This document shows positions 30,186 through 37,315 of a stretch of 37,315 nt of DNA, piece after piece (position 1 is the stretch's first letter; each line of letters starts with the position of its first letter). This DNA is from Candidatus Bathyarchaeia archaeon. Lineage in GTDB: Archaea > Thermoproteota > Bathyarchaeia > Bathyarchaeales > Bathycorpusculaceae. A program made the position numbers and the translations under genes. The notes below the pieces were generated by a model, which worked only from the letters and a program-made list of their open reading frames with translations, was not told the DNA's origin and made no database searches. Location: the NCBI GenBank assembly GCA_050012255.1, contig JBEKHN010000019.1:1-37315 (forward strand), given 5' to 3'.

Positions 30186-31079
30186 ATGGATTTGGAGAAG
30201 GGTTTCTTGGGCGGTTTCGCGCGCGCGCGCGCGAAGGAGAAGCTGAACTTCACACGCTTCTACAGGATTTTCCCCGGGGGCATACCGGAGGTGTGTAAAT
30301 TCGCAGAAGTTCCTGTTCCGATCGAGCGGATCAAAAGGATAGAGAAAGCGATGAAGGCCTCAAGGGATGAGGAGGTCAAGGGAGTTCTGACCAGGGCGTT
30401 TGGATGGGAGAAGAGACGTGACAAAGCTAAGGCGCTGCTTGATGCGGAGAAGAGGGAGAAGGAAGCCAAGTTAGAAGCGCTGAGGATGGAAGCTCAGCTG
30501 GATCCAAGGAAAATTCCTGCATACCTTGAAGAGAAGAGCTCGCCCTTGCTGAGCGATCTGCGTGAAGCGTGCGCCATTGAGAAGGACAGCCTCCAGGATG
30601 CATGCCTTGAAGCTGTCGAATATTGGGATTCGAATGCTCGCTCAGAAACCAAGACTTTTGAGGATTATATTGAGTACTGCTTATCAAATTGGGCATGGTG
30701 GGTGAGGCTATGTAATGCAACAAAAAAGTACAGTGGAACGACCTTCGGCTGCCGTTGTCCTGAATGTAACGGCAAATATGAATATGCTACGTATTATGAC
30801 TCCGGCGCTGAATTCTTCAAATGTCCCAACTGTGGAAAAACTGTATGCTATCCATGCCCAATCTGCATGGAAGCGTGGCGTTCCGAGAAGCGTTTAGAAT
30901 ATGATCCGAAGAGAAATACACTCCACTGTTCCTTGTGTGGATCTCACTTTGACGTGACCCCTCCAGCCCTGAATAGGCAGAGCACTGCTTACACAGAAAA
31001 AGTCAAGCAGCAGAGAAGAAATGCGGAAAAGCAAGACCAAGAGATGATGAAAAGGTTGTGGCGTAGCCTGATGCATTAA
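30186..31079 (+). CDS. Hypothetical protein with four CxxC motifs; N-terminus probably chimeric
   Basis: CPEC, CPNC, CPIC, CSLC; (CG)8 tract encodes ARARA near the start. Confidence 0.7.
   Translation: MDLEKGFLGGFARARAKEKLNFTRFYRIFPGGIPEVCKFAEVPVPIERIKRIEKAMKASRDEEVKGVLTRAFGWEKRRDKAKALLDAEKREKEAKLEALRMEAQLDPRKIPAYLEEKSSPLLSDLREACAIEKDSLQDACLEAVEYWDSNARSETKTFEDYIEYCLSNWAWWVRLCNATKKYSGTTFGCRCPECNGKYEYATYYDSGAEFFKCPNCGKTVCYPCPICMEAWRSEKRLEYDPKRNTLHCSLCGSHFDVTPPALNRQSTAYTEKVKQQRRNAEKQDQEMMKRLWRSLMH
30216..30235. repeat. Perfect 20-bp palindrome TT(CG)8AA, longest member of the (GC)n family
   Basis: Direct reading; other tracts of at least 8 nt at 283, 488, 15643, 16765, 21024, 21178, 22741, 23166, 23222, 23763, 24139, 26999, 27306, 27526, 31206, 31312, 31449. 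Confidence 0.95.
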
Positions 31080-31668
31080 TCAGATTTCGCAGGTTCTTTG
31101 CCAACAAATGCACGCACCGCTGCGACTAGCGCGCGATTCTTTCATTTCTACAGTTATGTTGCCCATTAATATGAGATCGATCGAAATACTCACCGGTGAG
31201 TCAATGCGCGCGCTACTGCAAAGAAGCAAGAAGGAGCTGCGGTCCTCAAAACTTCCCACAAATCCGAAAACAAGAATTATAACCATTTTACACCAATTAT
31301 TTAACCCGCCTGCGCGCGCTTTCCAGTTTTTCCCGCGCCTTGACTCTTTCTGCTGGACCGCCAAATCATTTTACGCTAAAGTAAACTAGAATTATGGTGG
31401 GGATTAGGAAGTAACTTTGTATCGTCGACTATCGTTCGCATATCTGGAGCGCGCGCGCTCAGAAGCGCGTTTCTCGCTGACTGAGAAATTCGAAGCAATT
31501 CTGTAGAACGCGCACATCTAGATTTGTTGCATTTGATACAGATTAGTTGCAGGAATCACGCCTATCCCACATCATATTGCCGATAGAAGAGGATTCCATA
31601 AAGCATTTAAGCAGAATATGTTCAGATGTGAATATGATTGATTACCATTGACAAAGATATTTAGGTCG

Positions 31669-34600
31669 ATGTGCACACCAAAGAAACTGTTGATACTTTT
31701 CATCTTCGTGATGTTTGTTTTTCCAACAGTCACAGTTTTCGTAGCTCAATCAAAAGGGCATCCCGATGCAATCAGCATACAATCATCAATGGCTAGTGGT
31801 TCAACTGAAATAAGTGGGACCTTGAATCTAAAACAGCGCGTTGAGATGCAAAACTCGTCTTTTGACTACCCTATACATTATTTCAATAACCACACTCTCT
31901 TGCTGAAATCTGGACCTATGGAACCACCTCCAGGAATAGATCAATCACTATTACAGTTGCTAAATAGACAAGATCAAGATCCAGTAGCGTCAAGATACTT
32001 CTGTCTGATTCAACTCTATAACGATATTACAAATAATGAATCGGATGAATTTGGGAAACTTGGAGTAGAATTCGAGGAATACGTTCCGATGGACGGCTTC
32101 TTTGTCGCCGTGCCGCCCAGCAATTTGTTACCAATGTCGAGTCTCAGATGCGTCAGAAGTGTCTCGAGAATAACGCCAGAAATGAAAATTGAGCCAACTC
32201 TTCTAAAGTTGTTGCCTCCTGGGGGAACTGCTGTAGTAAGAGTAAGGATAGTCACTTTTAACCAAAATGCTACGTTAGAAAGCAAGTTCCCCTTCATCTC
32301 AGCTACTAGTTCAGTGAATCTTTATGTCGCAGAGATTAACAGCGATCAACTACTTTTGCTTGCAAATGAAAACAATGTAAAGTGGATTGAACAGTACTTC
32401 AAGGAAGAAATGTGCACTGCCCAAAGCGTCTATGTTATTTCTGCAAACAAAGTATGGGGGCAAGGCAACACTGGCACCGGAATAAATGTCGGCATATCTG
32501 ATAGTGGAATTGATCCAACTCATCCGTATTTCTCATCAACCCCTCTTATCTATGCAACAGATTACGTCGATGGTGGCCCACCAATCGATGATGCCGCTTT
32601 TGGTCACGGAACCCATGTGGCTGGGATCATAGCCGGTAGCGGCACATACAATGGTTTGTCGTTGAAGGGCGTTGCGTATGGTTCGTCACTTGTCATTCAG
32701 AGGATCTTTGATGGAGCCAGAGTTTATCATGGTCCTGCGAACCCAGCTGATCTGTTTAACGATTTGAGGAGCCATGGTGCACAGGTGATAAGCTGCAGTT
32801 GGGGACACGATTCAGGGAGGATGTATGATTATAGCGCACAGCAAGTTGATCAATGGATCCGTGACAATGGCATCATGGTTGTATTTGCAAATGGGAACTG
32901 GCCCGATGTCGCCAACATGATGTCTCCTGCCCTTGCCAAGAACGTAATAGCGGTAGGAGCCACAATCGATGGAAGCGACTCAAGCGGACAAGTGTCTTAT
33001 AGCAGTTCACAAAATGTAGACCAAATCTCGTCACTCAACAATCTGATATCTCCTATTGATGGCCGAACAAAGCCTGATATAAATGCACCAGGCGAATGGA
33101 TAACCTCAACAATCCCATGGAGCACCTATGCGACATGGCGTGGAACGAGCATGGCTACTCCGCACGTGTCTGCAACTGTCGCTTTAATGCTTCGCAACTA
33201 TGGGACGCTGTCCCCAGCGCTGATCAAAGCGATGATATTGAACGATGGAGTAGATTTGAGGAGCAAGACAGGTCAAACTAACTACCCACTGGGATGGGGG
33301 AAACTTGATGCATACGATGCCATTTACTGGACCCCAAGTGAATCTGTGGCGCAGTACGCAGAAGGAGAAGTTGGGAAGTGGCCATATCCTTCAGAACAGA
33401 CCTTCTCTGTGAACGTTCCCAGTGCATCCAAAACGTTCAAAGTCACCATGACCTATTCAGACAAACCAGGCAGCATTAATGCTAACCCTGCACTTGTCAA
33501 TGATCTGGATTTGGAGATGGTTTCTCCATCGGGGAACCATTTCTATTCATCTAGTGCAGTAAACAATGTAGAGCAAATAATCGTGGCCAGCCCTGAAACA
33601 GGCAGTTGGACAATCAAAACAAAGGTCTATAACATTCCTGGTCTACTGGATCTGTCCCAGAAATATGCCTTGAGCTGGAGCGTAGCAAAGTATGACCGCT
33701 CTCTTGCAACTTCTGTTCCAACATCTGTTTCTGCGTTGAAAGATCAGAATTTTCCGGTTACTGCAACTATCTCGGTTCCTTCCACCAGCAATATGATTTC
33801 AGGTGTTTACGCACAGTTTAGGTCATTGGTTGGCAGCATAACCCTGCAATCTAGTGGAGGATATGTCATTGGCAACATGTGGACAAGTGATACTTCGCAG
33901 GTGTCAGCTCAGTTTATGTCCAGTCAAATAGGCACCTTTAGCAATGCCATAGAAGTCACGATCGGGTCATCTGATGGAGGAGGTATCAGCAAAAGTTACG
34001 TTACAGTTATTGCTAATCCTTCTTCACTGCTTCCGAGCTCCATTTCTGTGAGTGTCAACCCTTCTACGATTACGTTGGGTAGCGGTACAACAATATCTGG
34101 ACAGATAAGCAGCAACACGCAAGGAGATCTATCTGGCACAGTCTACCTACAATATAGTACAGACGGCTCAAGCTGGAACAGCATCGGGTCAACTTCTTCC
34201 AGCTCCTCTGGCTCCTATTCATATTGGTGGACTTTATCGTCAACCGGCACTTTCTACGTTAGAGCCTATTGGAATGGAAACAGCCAATACAGCGGGGCAA
34301 CCAGTACCTCTGTTGTGTTGGCGGTCAATTCCCCTGGCGGAAACCTAGCAGATCATACCATGTGCAAGGGGGTGCAACCCAATGATCCTTGGAATCCCAT
34401 AACCCGTACAAGCATCTTTTACACCGATGATCCGGCGGCGTATTCATGGCTCAATTTTGTCAATATTTATGATGGTCCTCATTATGTTCATTGGGACTGG
34501 TACGATCCTGACGGACAGCATTGGACTTGGGATACCACGATACCAGCCCCGTCTCCGGGACAATATTGGATCTCGTACAAAGTGTGGAGCTACCTTTATC

Positions 34601-37315
34601 CATTGCATTTTGCCGACAGCAAACTGGGCAGAACCTTCACCACCAAAGTCTATTATGACAGCAATCTAGCAGTTACAGAAACCTGGACAGTGATCAAGCA
34701 CCAAAGTTCGATTAGTGTTTCCCTTTCATCTAATTCAATAACCTATGGCCAAAGTGTAACGATAGGTTCTCAACTGTCACCGTCATTTTCGGATGGAACA
34801 ACAACCTTGCAGTACAGTACTGATGGAGTGAATTGGAACAACCTTGCATCAGGGACCCCGTCAAACGGCTACTATTCTTACACCTGGACTCCAACAAACA
34901 CAGGAACGTACTATTTCCATGCAGTCTGGAGTGGAGACTTGGACAACTATGGCTCAACAAGTTCGACCCAAACCCTATCAGTGAACAAGGCATCCACATC
35001 CTTAACGACTTCTGCATCATCATCTACCATAACCTATGGGTCAAGCGTAACCATTACCGCGTCTATATCGCCAGCATTGCAGGGTAAATCCGTGACTATC
35101 CAATACAGCCTTGACGGGTCAACGTGGTTCTATCTCAGTTCAGGTACGACAAATTCGGCTGGACAGTATCCATATTCATGGACACCAGATGCAGGAGTCT
35201 ATTATTTGCGGTCAACGTGGAGCGGAGATGCGAACTACTATGGCGCAACCAGCCCCGGTCAACAACTAACCGTTAACAAGGCTTCAACATCTACATCCTG
35301 CTCCCTTTCCACCTACTCTATCAACTACGGAGAGAACGTTACAATCATTGGCACAGTAAGCGTCTCTGTTAACGACGGAACCGTAATACTTGAAAACAGT
35401 ACAGACGGGGCAAACTGGAACCTCATCTCATCAGGCACACCTTCAAGCGGGTCTTACCAGTACACGTGGACTCCAACAGGTGGCGGAACATTCTACATAA
35501 GAGCCACGTGGTCAGGAAACAACAACTACCTCGGGTCGACAAGTTCAAGCCAGACACTCAACGTTCTCGTAGACACCACGCCACCAGTTGTAATCATAAG
35601 CTGTCCTGCCAACGGAGGCTACATAGGACCCGTTCCCATGATATGGGTTAACGGGACTGTAACGGAAGACAACAAAGGCACGCATGTGCCTCTAATAAAC
35701 GATACACGTCTTGTTCTCGCTCAATGGGAGTCTGCCACAGGCAAATTCGCTTTCAAGAATGGCACGACAATCCCAGATGCGTCTATCCCTGTAAGAGTAA
35801 ACTTCACAGACATCGCTGGCAACACTGGCTTTGATACTGTGTTCTTCACGCTTGACACAAAGGCACCAATTGTTGCCATAACTTCCCTCCTGAGCAACTC
35901 TTGCGTGAAGGGATCTGTCTGGGTCAATGCAACCATACTTGAGACCAATCCCTTCAGCTACGTTGTAGCCCTAAACGGAACTCCAGTCTCGTCTGGACTT
36001 GGACAAGCCTCATGGCAGTGGGTCACAACCCTGTACTCGGACGGAACATATGTTGTCAATGTCACAGCTACAGACGCAGGTGGAAACACTGGGTGGAACG
36101 CAGTAACAGTCACGGCGGATAACACGCCGCCCACAGTGACCATCAACTCGCCCGCCTATGGATCTTATCTGAACTACAGCACCCTATGGATCAACGCGAC
36201 ACTAACAGATGCCACCTCAGGCATAGACTCAGCAACCATCAATATGAGCTTGAACGGAGCTCCAACATCGTACTATTATGCCAATGCAACAGGTTTGCTT
36301 TCGCATTGGGCAGTGGGCGTGGCTAATGGCAACATCACTGTGACAGTAGTCGTTCAGGACCTAGCGGGAAACACTGCAAACGTCACTTGGTGGTTCGTCA
36401 TCGATGTTACGCCACCGGTCATTAACGTTGTATCACCCACGCCAAGTTCCTATCTGAATGTTACCACTATTTGGATCAACGCAACCCTGACAGACGCAAC
36501 TTCCGGAATAAATGCTTCAACAATTGCTATGACGTTGAATGCAAGTCTAGTGCCTTGCAACTTTGACCAGGCAACAGGTCGGCTATCGTATCATGCCGTT
36601 TTTCTAGCCGATGGTCTTTACACAGTAAACGTTAGTGTGCGAGACATTGCCGGAAACCTCGCAGCCAACTCTTGGAACTTCAAGATAGACACAACTGAAC
36701 CCGTAGTCACCATACTATATCCGACCGAAGGTGCAAATGTAACCATAACCCCAACTCTATGGATAAACGGGACAGTAACGGAAATGAACATGGGAACACT
36801 GACACCATCCATAAACGACTCACGCTTCAACCTAGCCTGCTGGGACTTTGCCACGGGCAAATTCGCCTTCAGCAATAACACAGTGATTTCGGAAGGACCC
36901 ATCCGTGTCAAGGTCAACTTCACAGACCTAGCCGGAAACACAGGGCTAAAAGCGGTGACGTTCAATCTGACGCCCCAAATGAAACTGGACACGAGGATTG
37001 TCTTCACATTATCTCCGAATCCTGCTTACGTCGGACAAATGGTAACGCTTCTTGGAAATCTCACGGAGTCTGATACCGGCATGCCGATGAGTAATGTGCG
37101 AGTTGACCTTTATGTGAACGGGACATTCAAAGCCAACCTCTGGACTAATGCAAACGGATGGTTCCAGGGCAGCGGTTACACATCATCAGGCGTCTATCAG
37201 ATCAGTGTGACCTACTCAGGCAATGCAACACTTAATCCAAGCAGCCGCACAGAAACTCTGACAATTTATGTGGCAACCATCAAAGTATGGACAGACAAGA
37301 CCGCCTACCACGCTG
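31669..37315 (+). CDS. Very large secreted S8 subtilase (KP43-like) with many Ig-like repeats, 3' partial
   Basis: Manual translation: signal peptide, VGISDSGID, HGTHVAG, FANGN, GTSMATPHV, VNDLDL/NNVEQ; reads as one frame to the window end, which explains its absence from the ORF track. Confidence 0.92.
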   Translation, partial: MCTPKKLLILFIFVMFVFPTVTVFVAQSKGHPDAISIQSSMASGSTEISGTLNLKQRVEMQNSSFDYPIHYFNNHTLLLKSGPMEPPPGIDQSLLQLLNRQDQDPVASRYFCLIQLYNDITNNESDEFGKLGVEFEEYVPMDGFFVAVPPSNLLPMSSLRCVRSVSRITPEMKIEPTLLKLLPPGGTAVVRVRIVTFNQNATLESKFPFISATSSVNLYVAEINSDQLLLLANENNVKWIEQYFKEEMCTAQSVYVISANKVWGQGNTGTGINVGISDSGIDPTHPYFSSTPLIYATDYVDGGPPIDDAAFGHGTHVAGIIAGSGTYNGLSLKGVAYGSSLVIQRIFDGARVYHGPANPADLFNDLRSHGAQVISCSWGHDSGRMYDYSAQQVDQWIRDNGIMVVFANGNWPDVANMMSPALAKNVIAVGATIDGSDSSGQVSYSSSQNVDQISSLNNLISPIDGRTKPDINAPGEWITSTIPWSTYATWRGTSMATPHVSATVALMLRNYGTLSPALIKAMILNDGVDLRSKTGQTNYPLGWGKLDAYDAIYWTPSESVAQYAEGEVGKWPYPSEQTFSVNVPSASKTFKVTMTYSDKPGSINANPALVNDLDLEMVSPSGNHFYSSSAVNNVEQIIVASPETGSWTIKTKVYNIPGLLDLSQKYALSWSVAKYDRSLATSVPTSVSALKDQNFPVTATISVPSTSNMISGVYAQFRSLVGSITLQSSGGYVIGNMWTSDTSQVSAQFMSSQIGTFSNAIEVTIGSSDGGGISKSYVTVIANPSSLLPSSISVSVNPSTITLGSGTTISGQISSNTQGDLSGTVYLQYSTDGSSWNSIGSTSSSSSGSYSYWWTLSSTGTFYVRAYWNGNSQYSGATSTSVVLAVNSPGGNLADHTMCKGVQPNDPWNPITRTSIFYTDDPAAYSWLNFVNIYDGPHYVHWDWYDPDGQHWTWDTTIPAPSPGQYWISYKVWSYLYPLHFADSKLGRTFTTKVYYDSNLAVTETWTVIKHQSSISVSLSSNSITYGQSVTIGSQLSPSFSDGTTTLQYSTDGVNWNNLASGTPSNGYYSYTWTPTNTGTYYFHAVWSGDLDNYGSTSSTQTLSVNKASTSLTTSASSSTITYGSSVTITASISPALQGKSVTIQYSLDGSTWFYLSSGTTNSAGQYPYSWTPDAGVYYLRSTWSGDANYYGATSPGQQLTVNKASTSTSCSLSTYSINYGENVTIIGTVSVSVNDGTVILENSTDGANWNLISSGTPSSGSYQYTWTPTGGGTFYIRATWSGNNNYLGSTSSSQTLNVLVDTTPPVVIISCPANGGYIGPVPMIWVNGTVTEDNKGTHVPLINDTRLVLAQWESATGKFAFKNGTTIPDASIPVRVNFTDIAGNTGFDTVFFTLDTKAPIVAITSLLSNSCVKGSVWVNATILETNPFSYVVALNGTPVSSGLGQASWQWVTTLYSDGTYVVNVTATDAGGNTGWNAVTVTADNTPPTVTINSPAYGSYLNYSTLWINATLTDATSGIDSATINMSLNGAPTSYYYANATGLLSHWAVGVANGNITVTVVVQDLAGNTANVTWWFVIDVTPPVINVVSPTPSSYLNVTTIWINATLTDATSGINASTIAMTLNASLVPCNFDQATGRLSYHAVFLADGLYTVNVSVRDIAGNLAANSWNFKIDTTEPVVTILYPTEGANVTITPTLWINGTVTEMNMGTLTPSINDSRFNLACWDFATGKFAFSNNTVISEGPIRVKVNFTDLAGNTGLKAVTFNLTPQMKLDTRIVFTLSPNPAYVGQMVTLLGNLTESDTGMPMSNVRVDLYVNGTFKANLWTNANGWFQGSGYTSSGVYQISVTYSGNATLNPSSRTETLTIYVATIKVWTDKTAYHA

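Larger units (their letters stand above)
16657..31500. mobile_element. tRNA-Gln-adjacent mosaic genomic island, decayed; boundaries approximate
   Basis: Begins after the tRNA 3' end; wHTH, coiled-coil, primase remnants, nuclease-like ORF and gene fragments; no integrase or tRNA 3' repeat seen in window. Confidence 0.6.

Noticed and set aside
16657-31500. Integron with attC cassettes
   Set aside because: No IntI-like gene, no attC-type imperfect hairpins with R and L boxes recognised, mixed gene orientation, and junctions cut inside genes

Overview
Archaeal chromosomal window, most likely Bathyarchaeia/TACK (inferred from TFB, aIF1, single-OB SSB, TRAM proteins and secreted beta-helix and dockerin proteins). 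The left part (about 600-16650) is mostly housekeeping: korAB, a stand-alone LigD phosphoesterase, a tandem C39-like/dockerin protein, TRAM-SSB-TRAM, a DUF35-HMG-CoA synthase fusion beside a catalytically degenerate thiolase, a saccharopine/lysine dehydrogenase, aIF1, TFB, a cupin and a tRNA-Gln(UUG) with an intron at 10/11. After the tRNA comes a mosaic island (about 16660-31500) of whole genes, gene fragments, two broken primase (AEP) copies and structured non-coding segments. The window ends in a >1880-aa subtilase that the ORF track missed. The strongest unexplained signal is a self-complementary (GC)n tract, often TA-flanked. I counted 18 sites of at least 8 nt by eye, none between 500 and 15600 or in the subtilase. 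Many sit exactly where genes are cut or fused, which suggests an undescribed joining or shuffling process. No integrase, attR or CRISPR array is visible. All family assignments are from motif recognition, not database searches.
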